DNA of 64,000 nt from a virus, in IMG/VR virus record IMGVR_UViG_3300042508_000221, positions 10,091 to 74,090 of that record. One strand, 5' to 3'. The notes under the pieces are model-generated. The model saw nothing but the letters and a program-made list of their open reading frames with translations. It ran no database searches and was not told the origin of the DNA. The position numbers and the translations under genes are program-made. This document shows positions 38,173 to 47,392 of the stretch, in pieces (position 1 is the stretch's first letter; each line of letters starts with the position of its first letter).

Positions 38173-38648
38173 TGGACACGCTTTTCGATGTATCTCCCGA
38201 CGAACCTGTTCGGTCTAAAGGGAAACGCCTTACTCGCGCGCAGCCTGTTGCTCCCTTACAAGAACCAGAAAAGCCGGTTCTTTTTAGGGCATTCCAGCAG
38301 GACAGAGCGATCCTGCCCATCGGCATGATCGATCACACCTACGACTGCGCCGACGCCGCCTGCGGCACGCAGCTCCACGACATCCTCCACGAGGATGGCG
38401 GCGAGTGGTATCTGTCGTGCGTGTTCTGCCATACCGGCCAGTGGGTAAAGGCGATCAAGGGTCACCTGAAGCCAAAGGAACGTGAGTTCGTGCTGCGAGA
38501 CGGCCGCTTCGCCGGCCTCACGCTGCCCGAGGTGGAGAAGCAGCCGCGTGGCCTTGACTACCTGAAGTGGGCGGCCGAGAGCCATCCGCGACCGACTGTC
38601 AGGGCCGAGTGCCAAAGACATCTAGACAAGACATCTGGTGTTCGTTAG
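38172..38648 (+). CDS. Hypothetical protein with Cys pairs and GRF.G...YL.W tail
   Basis: C....C / C..C; C-terminal GRFAGLTL.EV...DYLKW. Confidence 0.55.
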   Translation: MDTLFDVSPDEPVRSKGKRLTRAQPVAPLQEPEKPVLFRAFQQDRAILPIGMIDHTYDCADAACGTQLHDILHEDGGEWYLSCVFCHTGQWVKAIKGHLKPKEREFVLRDGRFAGLTLPEVEKQPRGLDYLKWAAESHPRPTVRAECQRHLDKTSGVR

Positions 38649-38669
38649 GCTACTGACACCCACATCGGA

Positions 38670-39035
38670 ATGGAGTCCGCGGTTATGTATGGCGCATCTA
38701 CACGCTTCCGAAAGCACTCTGCCTCGTGCGACACGGTGGAGGTGTCGCTATACATGGCCGGCGACATCGAGCACGCAAAACAAGTCATCAGGTTGTATTG
38801 CAAGAACAACCCGACGTGCGTGACCGTGACGCCGACGACGTTCATCTACCGCGGCGGCGAAGAGGCCGGTTTTGTTGTGGGGTTCCGCAACTATCCGAGG
38901 TTTCCGACCGACTTGGCCGCGCTTGAGGCTCACGCCGCGCCTCTTGCAGACGAGCTGCGAGAACAGCTTGGGCAGGACTCGCACATGATCGTAACGGCCA
39001 CAAGTACGACGTGGAGCACCAACCGCGATGCCTGA
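38670..39035 (+). CDS. Hypothetical protein (start uncertain)
   Basis: CVTVTPT.FIY.GGEE.G...NYPRFP. Confidence 0.55.
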   Translation: MESAVMYGASTRFRKHSASCDTVEVSLYMAGDIEHAKQVIRLYCKNNPTCVTVTPTTFIYRGGEEAGFVVGFRNYPRFPTDLAALEAHAAPLADELREQLGQDSHMIVTATSTTWSTNRDA

Positions 39036-39876
39036 GTATCATTTTCTCAACCTGGGTGCGGGCGTTCAATCAACTGCTCTGTACCTCATGAGCATCGACG
39101 GTAGTGAGCCAGAAGTGCCGAAGTTTGATGCCGCGATCTTTGCCGATGTGCAGGAGGAGCCAGATGAGGTCTACACACACCTCGAGCACCTCAAGACGCT
39201 CGGAGGCCCGCCGATCATCGTGACCACTGCGGGCAAGCTTGGTGACGCACTGGATCACAAAGGAAGCGGAAAAACAGGGCACTACACAGCAATCCCGTCT
39301 TACACGCTCAACCCGACAACTGGCAGCAGGGGGATCATCCAGCGTCAATGCACCGCCGACTTCAAGGTGAAGCCGATTGAACGCACCATTCGCGAGGAAT
39401 GCGGAGGTCAGTTTGGTAAGCCCCTGCCGAAAGGCGTCGTTGTTCACCAGTACATGGGCCTATCTTTTGACGAGCCGAAGCGAGTGATCCGAGTTAAGCA
39501 GCGGTTCCTCGCCAAGCCAGCAAGCTGGCAAGTTCATTTCCCTCTTTGGGAAATGCAGATGACGCGATCCGACTGCGTGGCGTACCTAAATTCAAGGATA
39601 ACCTATGAGGTGCCACGATCTGCTTGCGTGTTTTGCCCTTTCAAGGCGGACTCGGAGTGGCGCAGGCTCAAGGAAGAAGACCCGAAGGGCTGGGAGCGGG
39701 CGGTGCATATCGACAAGGTGTGCCGCACTGGGAATGGTCTAGATTCCCATCGGTATCTGCACAAGGCGTGCGTGCCGCTTGATCAAGTTGACCTGCGGCC
39801 TGCCGACGAGAAGAGCGGCCAGAAGCACCTGTTCAGCGGGTTTCAAGACGAGTGCGAAGGCTACTGTGGCAATTAG
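39028..39876 (+). CDS. PAPS-reductase-like PP-loop protein, copy 1
   Basis: LGAGVQS, IFAD..EEP, RQCT.DFK, PRSACVFCP, ECEGYCG. Confidence 0.75.
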   Translation: MPEYHFLNLGAGVQSTALYLMSIDGSEPEVPKFDAAIFADVQEEPDEVYTHLEHLKTLGGPPIIVTTAGKLGDALDHKGSGKTGHYTAIPSYTLNPTTGSRGIIQRQCTADFKVKPIERTIREECGGQFGKPLPKGVVVHQYMGLSFDEPKRVIRVKQRFLAKPASWQVHFPLWEMQMTRSDCVAYLNSRITYEVPRSACVFCPFKADSEWRRLKEEDPKGWERAVHIDKVCRTGNGLDSHRYLHKACVPLDQVDLRPADEKSGQKHLFSGFQDECEGYCGN

Positions 39877-39930
39877 GCTACTGGCCGACACTCACAAAGG
39901 ATCGCCGCCGAAGAAGCCAAGCGAAAACCT

Positions 39931-40782
39931 ATGAAAAAGCGAATCCTAAACCTCGGAGCTGGCGTCCAGTCGACGGCTCTGTACCTGATGGCGATGGACG
40001 GCGAGATCGAGCCGTTTGACGTGGCGATATTCGCCGACACCCAGGAGGAGCCGGCTGATGTTTATCAGCACTTGGCTTGGATGGAATCACTGGGCGGCCC
40101 CACGATTTTGAAAGCGTCGGCTGGAAGCCTTGGTGACTGCCTGCTTGCCGGCAGCGATGCCCGCGGCAATATGAGGCGAGACGGTTCGCACTTCTCTTCA
40201 ATTCCCGCCTACGTCATGGACGGAGACAAGAAAAAAGGCATCGGCCAGCGGCAATGCACGAAGGAGTTTAAGGTCGATGTCGTCGAGAGGGTTATCCGCC
40301 GTCAGATATTCGGCGTAGAGCCGGGGCGACCGCTGCCGAAAGACTCCGTCTGCGTTCAGCTAATGGGGCTGTCTTTCGACGAGCCGAAAAGAGTAATCCG
40401 CGTCAAGCAGCGGTACTCTGCGAGGCCGAAGCAGTGGCTGGTTGAGTTCCCGCTATTTGACCTTGAGATGTCGCGAGGCGACTGCGTGTCTTACCTGAAG
40501 GACAGGGTTCCGCACAAAGTGCCACGGTCGGCGTGCGTCTTCTGCCCGTACAAGACCAACAAGGAATGGCTTGAACTAAAAGAGACAGACCCAGTCTCGT
40601 GGGCCAGGGCCGTGCAGATCGACGAGGGCGTCCGCGGCGACGGGTCTCGCGGCCTGAACTTCCTTCACCGCTCGTACCAGCCCCTGGCTGTTGTCGACCT
40701 GCGATCCGAGGAAGAAAAGTCTGGTCAGAGGTCTTTGTTCTCGAATTTCAACGACGAGTGCGAAGGCATGTGCGGCGTATAG
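39931..40782 (+). CDS. PAPS-reductase-like PP-loop protein, copy 2
   Basis: Same motifs as copy 1, ending ECEGMCG. Confidence 0.75.
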   Translation: MKKRILNLGAGVQSTALYLMAMDGEIEPFDVAIFADTQEEPADVYQHLAWMESLGGPTILKASAGSLGDCLLAGSDARGNMRRDGSHFSSIPAYVMDGDKKKGIGQRQCTKEFKVDVVERVIRRQIFGVEPGRPLPKDSVCVQLMGLSFDEPKRVIRVKQRYSARPKQWLVEFPLFDLEMSRGDCVSYLKDRVPHKVPRSACVFCPYKTNKEWLELKETDPVSWARAVQIDEGVRGDGSRGLNFLHRSYQPLAVVDLRSEEEKSGQRSLFSNFNDECEGMCGV

Positions 40783-40846
40783 GCTACTGGACGATACTCC
40801 CGGCGTAGTTTAGATTCTCCCCGCACACAACGGAAAGGATTCCCGT

Positions 40847-41035
40847 ATGGCACTCTGCTTAACACGTCGCCCCGGTCAGAAGCTGATTCTGGATCGACCG
40901 CATATCGAGATCACGGTGGAATCCGTGGTCGGCAAGACGGTGCGTCTGGTCATCGACGCCCCCAGGCACGTCAAGATCGTGCGTGAGGAGCTGATCTATC
41001 GGGCTCCGCCGAAGACCGAGGAGGCCGCGTCGTGA
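40847..41035 (+). CDS. csrA: Carbon storage regulator CsrA/RsmA-like
   Basis: L.LTRR.GQ.L, VRL.IDAP..V.I.REEL; 62 aa. Confidence 0.85.
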   Translation: MALCLTRRPGQKLILDRPHIEITVESVVGKTVRLVIDAPRHVKIVREELIYRAPPKTEEAAS

Positions 41036-41436
41036 TCGTCACAGTCACCAAGCAGTTTCACTTCTACGCAGCTCACCGCAACGAAGAGATCGGCGGCAAG
41101 TGCGCGAACATTCACGGGCATCGCTACGGTCTGACCGTCACGGTAGCAGGACAAAGAGAAGGCAGCGTGACCGTTCTTTTTGAGCAATTAGAGCGATGGG
41201 TGCAGGCTGAAATAATCGATCCGGCAGATCACTCGCTCATGCTGAACCGCGAAGACCCAGCGGCCGATGCCCTTCTGGCATCCGGCGCATGCGGGAAGGT
41301 CTTCTGGGTGAGCGGCCCGACATCGTGCGAAAACATTGCAGAGCTTTTTTTCTCAATGTTGCAGTCAGTCTGCGCCTCGGTCGTTTCGGTAACGCTGAAG
41401 GAAACCGACACATCCTCAGTCACGGTGACGGCATGA
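41032..41436 (+). CDS. queD: 6-carboxytetrahydropterin synthase
   Basis: F.AAH, CANIHGH (CxxxHGH), DH, PT..EN, ET..S. Confidence 0.88.
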   Translation: MIVTVTKQFHFYAAHRNEEIGGKCANIHGHRYGLTVTVAGQREGSVTVLFEQLERWVQAEIIDPADHSLMLNREDPAADALLASGACGKVFWVSGPTSCENIAELFFSMLQSVCASVVSVTLKETDTSSVTVTA

Positions 41437-42017
41437 AGCTAAAACTTGCCAGCCAGGGCGTGTATTGGACGATCCAAGGCGAAGGCCACTTCGCAGGCGA
41501 GCCGATGGTTTTCATTAGGCTGGCAGGATGCTCCGTCGGCTGTCCGAAGTGCGACACGAACTACAAGCCCTCTCGCGAGGCAACGGTTGATGAGATCGTC
41601 GCCGAGTGCGTGCGTGCGCGCGACGAGAACGGCCGTGCGAAGTACGTCTGGGTGACCGGCGGCGAGCCAACCGACCAAGACCTGACCAAGCTAAATCGGG
41701 CGGTTTGGGACGCTGGGTTCAAGCCGTGTCTTGCGACCAGTGGCATACGGAAGGTCGGGGGTCACTGGTGGTGGCTTTCCGTCTCGCCACATGCGAACGG
41801 CTTTGAGCAGCGGATGGGTGCCGAGCTGAAGCTCGTGCCTGGGCTGAACGGCCTCTCGTTGGACGACATCGACCTCTCTGGCACCGACTTCGGATATCGC
41901 TATGTCCAGCCTATGGCGGGCAACGCGGAGTCTCTTGTCGCCTGCATCGAGTGGGTGAAGACCCACAGCGACTACACCCTCTGCCAGCAGAGCCACAAGG
42001 AATGGGGTGTGCCATGA
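41433..42017 (+). CDS. queE: 7-carboxy-7-deazaguanine synthase (radical SAM)
   Basis: TIQGEG, FIRLAGC...C..CDT, TGGEP, QSHK. Confidence 0.9.
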   Translation: MKLKLASQGVYWTIQGEGHFAGEPMVFIRLAGCSVGCPKCDTNYKPSREATVDEIVAECVRARDENGRAKYVWVTGGEPTDQDLTKLNRAVWDAGFKPCLATSGIRKVGGHWWWLSVSPHANGFEQRMGAELKLVPGLNGLSLDDIDLSGTDFGYRYVQPMAGNAESLVACIEWVKTHSDYTLCQQSHKEWGVP

Positions 42018-42421
42018 AGGCCGTCTACCTAGCTGGGCCGATCAACGGGTGCTCCGACGACGAGTGCATGGCGTGGCGTTCCAGAGCGCGGAAGCTCCTT
42101 GAAGGGCAGTTCGACATCTACGACCCGTTGGATCGCGACTTTCGTGGCTGCGAGGCTATTTATGCAGAAGCAATTGTCAACACAGACCTGCACGCGATCG
42201 CCGCCTGCGACTTTTTGCTCGTGAACGCTTCTCGCCCCTCCTGGGGGACGGCGATGGAGGTGGTTCGGGCATGGGACAGCGGCAAGGGCGTCGTCGCGTT
42301 CTCCGATGCGGAAGCACCAAGCCCGTGGCTGACGGTTCATACACACGCGATCGTCAAGTCGCTCGAGGCCGCCGTTGTGTTCGTGATGAACTTCGACGCG
42401 ATGGCGAGGAGCCGCACATGA
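42014..42421 (+). CDS. Nucleoside 2-deoxyribosyltransferase-like protein
   Basis: VYLAGPI, WR, DP, D..AI..CD, GTAME, SPWL. Confidence 0.75.
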   Translation: MKAVYLAGPINGCSDDECMAWRSRARKLLEGQFDIYDPLDRDFRGCEAIYAEAIVNTDLHAIAACDFLLVNASRPSWGTAMEVVRAWDSGKGVVAFSDAEAPSPWLTVHTHAIVKSLEAAVVFVMNFDAMARSRT

Positions 42422-43095
42422 CCGTCTACCTCGCCAGCCCCGGCAACCAGCAGCAGGCCGAGCATGTGAAAGATATGCCGGTGCTCCTGTCGTTCGGCTT
42501 GTACGACCCGTTTCTGGACAAGTACCAGCATTCGTTCCGTCGGCTGCTGATCGATAGCGGCGCGTACTCGGTGCTGAACTCTGGGCAGAAGATCGACATC
42601 GCAGCGTATGCCGACTGGTCGCTCCGCTGGGAGGGCCACGCCGATGCGGTCGCCGGTCTTGACGACATCGCAGGCGACTGGCGGCAGAGCCTCCGCAACT
42701 ACGAGGCGATGCCGAACGGATTTCCTACTATGCACGACTCTGACCCGCCGGAGTTGCTGAAGGATTTGGTTGCCATCGCTCGCGAGCGAGGCAACTGGAT
42801 CGGCATCGGCCTTGTGCCGCCCCGCGAAGGCAAGGAGCGGTTCGTTCGCTGGGCATGCGACAACATTCCCGAGGACATGCACATTCACGGCTGGGCCTTG
42901 CGAGCGTACACAAAGGTCAGGCGGCTCGACAGCGTCGACAGCACGAACTGGTGGCGCGACGCATTTAAGGTTCGTCGGGATTTGCCGTGGCTGACCTACG
43001 GCGAGGCGTTGGAAATCATTGTGAAGCGGTATCAGCGTGAAAACCGCGTGATCGTCGATGACACTCAGAAAACCATGTTTGAGGAGGTCGCGTGA
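42418..43095 (+). CDS. dpdA: TGT-fold transglycosylase, DpdA-like
   Basis: IDSGAYS, LD.I.GD, P..H, IHG, DSVDSTNW; adjacent to queD/queE. Confidence 0.7.
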   Translation: MTVYLASPGNQQQAEHVKDMPVLLSFGLYDPFLDKYQHSFRRLLIDSGAYSVLNSGQKIDIAAYADWSLRWEGHADAVAGLDDIAGDWRQSLRNYEAMPNGFPTMHDSDPPELLKDLVAIARERGNWIGIGLVPPREGKERFVRWACDNIPEDMHIHGWALRAYTKVRRLDSVDSTNWWRDAFKVRRDLPWLTYGEALEIIVKRYQRENRVIVDDTQKTMFEEVA

Positions 43096-44012
43096 GCAAG
43101 AAGAAGCCAGCTTTCAGCGTCGAGCAGTCTCTCGCCGGTATCGCGAAGACGGTCCACGAGCTGCGCGAGGAGGGCGAGTCGACCGACCGCATGGTGGTGG
43201 TCGCCAGCAGGGGGCTCGCCGCCTTGACTGCCCGCGTCGAGGCTCTGGAGAAGTCGTGGGCAGCGGTGCTGTTCGATGTCGAGCAGCTCAAGAAGCCGCC
43301 CAGAACGTGGTTCCAATTTCTCAACGGCGAGTGATGCTCCTGGGCATGAATGAAATCGAACAGTCGATCAGCGTCTGGCTGAACGTCGCGACGCTCCTCG
43401 TGTTCGTTGGGGCGGTCGCGTACATCAGCCTCATCCCGTACATGACGAGGGATAAGTGAAACCCCCTGCACCGATCGACATCGACGACGAGTTGTTCTGC
43501 ATGGTGTGCAGGCCGTCAGAGGACGGGGCGGCGTCGTATGTCGACTGCCGCTTCGATAGCGTCCCTCCGACGAATGACGATCCAGACTATTCGGAGAATC
43601 CAGACGCGCTGCGGAAAGTCGCGGCGTGGCTGGTGAAGGCGGCCGATTGGCTTGAGAAGGAGCAGGGGCGATGATGAAAGACTTTTCATCGGCGTTCGCC
43701 GATTTTTTGAATTCAGATGGATCGATGAAGCTGCCAATCACTTTTTATCACGCTTTTGAGGCAGGCCCGATTCACACCAACATCGACCCTGACGGAATCA
43801 TCGTGACAGTTACAGTGCATTCGATTGACACAGAAGAGCCATGCCTTCTGACGATGCTTTTTCCGATGCCGTTGGGTGCCGCCAAGGCGAAGCTGCGGCA
43901 AGGACGGCTTCCTGTTTTGCAAAGCAGCGCGGTAACAGTGCTGCGAAAGATCGACGAAGTAGTCGGAGATTCTGGTGAGCGGTACTCACGGTTTAAGGTC
44001 GAGGTGACATGA
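43092..44012 (+). other. Four small coupled hypothetical ORFs (43092-43334, 43334-43459 TM, 43456-43674, 43671-44012)
   Basis: Overlapping stop/start coupling; no recognisable motifs. Confidence 0.5.
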
Positions 44013-44740
44013 CCCCCATCGAAGACAAAGCCCTCGCCGCCTTCCTTCTGGGCGTTCCTGCCGCGATGGCCGGCACGACCGACGACGCCGTGCCGGACGC
44101 GAGGTACATCGAGTACGGTTCTCGATTCCGCGATTACACAGTTCGCTTCTCCGGCCGCGACGATGACGGCAAATACTCGGAGGCGACGGCAACTCTGCTG
44201 TCCCCGCACTGGGCGATCACTGCGGCGCACGTTGCCGTCGGCGTCAGCGGGATCACGCTGTCGAACCGTCTGGTTGACCGAGTGGTCATCCACCCGGACT
44301 GGGACGACGACAAGAACGGATTTCACGATCTGGCCCTGCTGCACTGTGACAAGCCCGCTGGCATTGCCTACTATCCACCACTTAGCGACGGCGACGAGAA
44401 GGTCGGACAGACGGTCAGCATCGTCGGCTACGGCCTCTACGGGAAGCTGACTGCGGGGCACGAGGGCTACGACGGCAAGCTGCGGGCGGGGACGCAGACG
44501 ATCGAGCGTTTCGAGCGGTCGGTCATCGTCTGCCACGCTCAGTGTGGGACGAGCACGCTCGAGTTCTGCATCTCGCCTGGGGACTCAGGAGGCCCGCTTT
44601 TCGCCGGAGGCAAGCTGGCCGGGGTCAATAGTTTCACGATGGCCCCGAGGGGGCCGCTGAAGAGCCGCCAGGGCGAGGAGACGGCGCACACGCGGGTGAG
44701 TTTGTATCGGGAGTGGATCAAGGAGGTAACCGGAGAATGA
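44009..44740 (+). CDS. Trypsin-like serine protease, possibly exported
   Basis: TAAHV, DLALL, GDSGGP catalytic triad; hydrophobic N-terminus. Confidence 0.88.
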   Translation: MTPIEDKALAAFLLGVPAAMAGTTDDAVPDARYIEYGSRFRDYTVRFSGRDDDGKYSEATATLLSPHWAITAAHVAVGVSGITLSNRLVDRVVIHPDWDDDKNGFHDLALLHCDKPAGIAYYPPLSDGDEKVGQTVSIVGYGLYGKLTAGHEGYDGKLRAGTQTIERFERSVIVCHAQCGTSTLEFCISPGDSGGPLFAGGKLAGVNSFTMAPRGPLKSRQGEETAHTRVSLYREWIKEVTGE

Positions 44741-44994
44741 GCGTCGAACGACTTGAAGAGCTTACCGAGATCAACCCCGAAGCGCTCCTGGCCGACGGCC
44801 TCGAGTCGGCGTTCATCGGCTACACGGCGAATCATCATCACGCCGTCGTCGCCGTCTACGACTACGACAAGTGCGTCCAGGCTCTCGTCGACCGCGACGG
44901 CATGACGCACGAGGAGGCCGACGAGTTCCTCGAGTTCAACACGCTCGGAGCCTACGTCGGCGAGAACGGCCCGCTGTATGTGAGGCTTGGTTAA
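44737..44994 (+). CDS. Conserved phage hypothetical protein
   Basis: ADG..SAFIG, VAVYD, EEA.EFLEFN.LGAYVGE..P. Confidence 0.65.
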   Translation: MSVERLEELTEINPEALLADGLESAFIGYTANHHHAVVAVYDYDKCVQALVDRDGMTHEEADEFLEFNTLGAYVGENGPLYVRLG

Positions 44995-45398
44995 TGGAAC
45001 TCTTCATCCTCAAGACCTCCCGCCTGCGCCGCTCCGAGCGGCGATTCATCGCCGACCACCTGACGCGACCGGAGAGCGAATTCCAGCGTGCTCTGCTCGC
45101 CGGCACCGTGACCGGCACGATCGCCATCTGCCTAGATCAAGGCGAGATCATTGGATGGGCGAGGACTGAGGTCTGGCAGGGCATCCCGACGCTTGAGGCG
45201 TTCGTGTCGCCCGCCTACCGCCGCCGCGGCGTGGCAACGCTCTGCGCCGCCGGCCTGCGGACAGAGGGCGTGTTCCGCGACCACGAATTCGTAGCCGTAT
45301 TCCGGCCGACGATGATCCCGCTCGCCCGCCGACTGAATCTGTCGACCGCGACCTTCGACCGGAAGCCCGACGGGACGTGGCGAGAGGCGAAAGCGTGA
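44994..45398 (+). CDS. GNAT-like acetyltransferase
   Basis: IIGWA, FVSPAYRRRGVAT (acetyl-CoA motif A). Confidence 0.65.
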   Translation: MELFILKTSRLRRSERRFIADHLTRPESEFQRALLAGTVTGTIAICLDQGEIIGWARTEVWQGIPTLEAFVSPAYRRRGVATLCAAGLRTEGVFRDHEFVAVFRPTMIPLARRLNLSTATFDRKPDGTWREAKA

Positions 45399-45607
45399 CG
45401 CCCGAAGACAAGCTCCTGATCGCGCTGCGGATGATGAACATCGAGCGGATGTTGTCCACGACGATTCCGGCGATCAAGGCGACTGCGAGGGCTGCACAAG
45501 AGGTAGAAGCACTGGGGCTGGCGACTGCATCGTATTTGCTGGCGGAGTCGGTCGAGGTGTATGCCACTGAGATGAGGAAGTTCGTCGACAGCATCGATCA
45601 GTCTTGA
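45395..45607 (+). CDS. Hypothetical protein
   Basis: GTGA coupling; helical. Confidence 0.45.
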   Translation: MTPEDKLLIALRMMNIERMLSTTIPAIKATARAAQEVEALGLATASYLLAESVEVYATEMRKFVDSIDQS

Positions 45608-45632
45608 CAGGTTGACTACCGCGCCAGACAAT
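45604..45632 (+). promoter_or_regulatory. Sigma70-like promoter
   Basis: TTGACA-N17-GACAAT upstream of 45677. Confidence 0.45.
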
Positions 45633-45676
45633 GCCGGCCGGTTTGGTTTCCGTTTCACTTCATGGAGGATTTTCGC

Positions 45677-46003
45677 ATGCGTTCCTTTTTTCTTGTTTTC
45701 GCCATCGCCTGTTGCACCACGGTCGCCAGTGGCGGCGACGTGATCGTGACAACGACGACCGTGATCTCGGCGCAGGAGACGGCCGACGAGTGTGCTCGAA
45801 CCGGGCTGCTCAAGCACTGCCGCGTGCTCGGCGGTCGCCGCGAGGGCATCGGCTTCTCGACCGTCAGCCCCGAGGCGGCGGAGAAGTCGGCGTGCTTCTA
45901 CTCCGAGGCCGTCCGCGGTCGTTACCGCATCGTCGAGCGAGGGTATGCCTACTCGCCGGCTCGCCGCGGCTGGTTCGCGGTGCTCCGGTACAGCGGGAAT
46001 TGA
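45677..46003 (+). CDS. Secreted Cys-containing protein
   Basis: Signal-peptide-like MRSFFLVFAIACCTTVASG; EGIGF, CFY, WFAVLRY. Confidence 0.55.
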   Translation: MRSFFLVFAIACCTTVASGGDVIVTTTTVISAQETADECARTGLLKHCRVLGGRREGIGFSTVSPEAAEKSACFYSEAVRGRYRIVERGYAYSPARRGWFAVLRYSGN

Positions 46004-46078
46004 TCTTATTCATCCGCGCCGCGCCGGGGGTGGTGGTTCTCGTCTGCCACCGCCCCCGGCCCCCGATGGGAAAACACC

Positions 46079-46378
46079 ATGCAAGACCTAATCGAAAAGA
46101 TTGAATCCTGGGCCCGCGATCGGCGGATCATCCCGAACAGCACCCCGATGGCCCAGTTGATGAAGACGGTCAGCGAACTCGGCGAACTCGCCGACGCCAC
46201 GCTCAAGAACGACCGCGAGGGCATCGTTGACGGCGTGGGCGACGTGATCGTGACGCTCATCATCTACGCGGCTCTCCAGGGCGTGACCGTCGAGGACTGC
46301 CTCGCGTCGGCGTATGGGGAGATCAAGGACAGGAAGGGCACGCTGACGCCGGAGGGCGTGTTTGTCAAGGAGACATGA
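46079..46378 (+). CDS. MazG-like NTP pyrophosphohydrolase
   Basis: Q..K..SE.GELAD, DGVGD, AY.EIKDRKG. Confidence 0.8.
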   Translation: MQDLIEKIESWARDRRIIPNSTPMAQLMKTVSELGELADATLKNDREGIVDGVGDVIVTLIIYAALQGVTVEDCLASAYGEIKDRKGTLTPEGVFVKET

Positions 46379-46379
46379 A

Positions 46380-47392
46380 ATGTTCGACTGGCTGTTTGGT
46401 AAGAAGCGAATTCGCCTGCTTGAGTCCAAGCTGGCCGACGCGAACGGAATTATCTCCAAGCTCGACGAGATGTGGAAAGCACGGTGCCGGGAGTGCGAGC
46501 AGCAGCGTGTGCTCATCACCGCGCTCCGCGATGTGAACGCGACCCTGGACAAGCGGTGTAACGATCTTGAGGGAGTTCGATGAGTCCCGAACTTGAAAAC
46601 AAGCTGTACGCCGACTTTCCTCTGCTATTCGCGAATCGCGAAAGCAGGGGGAGCTGCATGGTCTTCGGATGCGAACACGGCGACGGCTGGTACGGCATCC
46701 TGCGTGCGGCGTGCAAGGAAATCGCAAGGCACGCAGGGCCGCACTTTCAGTTCACTCAGGTGAAGGAAAAGTACGGCACGCTGCGTCTCTACTTCGTTGG
46801 CGGCGACTCGTACTGCGAAGGCGTCATCGACATGGCCGAGGCTATGTCAGCCGTAACGTGCGAGCAGTGCGGCAATCCGGGGAAGCCGAACGACGGCGGA
46901 TGGATTACGACTCTCTGTGAGGGGTGCCGGAAGTAATGCCACACGTCATCATTCGATTCAGATTGCCAGAGGATCAAGGCGACTTCAACGCTGCGATGCA
47001 GGGGCGTGACGCCAAGAGCGTCATCTGGGAAGTGGATCAATACTGCCGAACTATCCTGAAGCACGGCGAGCCGAGCGATGACGAGCGGCGGCACCTTGGG
47101 CGGATACGCGACATACTGCGAGAGCGGCCGGGACTGCTTGATGACTGAGCGAAACTGGATTCCCGTGAGCGAGCGACTGCCGGAGATCGCCCCGCTTGGC
47201 GTTACTGCGACTGTCATCGTTGCCCATGCCGAGTACGACACCAACAGAGAGCCGACAGGAAACGTCAAGGTTTCTCCAGCGTCATTCCTCGGCAGTGACC
47301 AACAAGGGCCGTTCTTCAAGAGCATGATCAACGGGCGGCGTCTTGACTCAAAGGCGTGGATGCCGCTCCCAGAGCCACCGGAGGTAGAGTAA
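46380..47392 (+). other. Four small accessory ORFs (46380-46583; 46580-46936 QVKEKYGTLR/CEQCG family; 46936-47148; 47141-47392 DUF551-like)
   Basis: Coupled ORFs; WIPVSERLP...WMPLPEPP in the last. Confidence 0.6.

Noticed and set aside
39028-40782. Dnd/Ssp phosphorothioation system or sulfate-assimilation cysH
   Set aside because: No DndB/D/E, SspB/C or desulfurase; PP-loop and C-terminus differ from CysH (no ECGLH)
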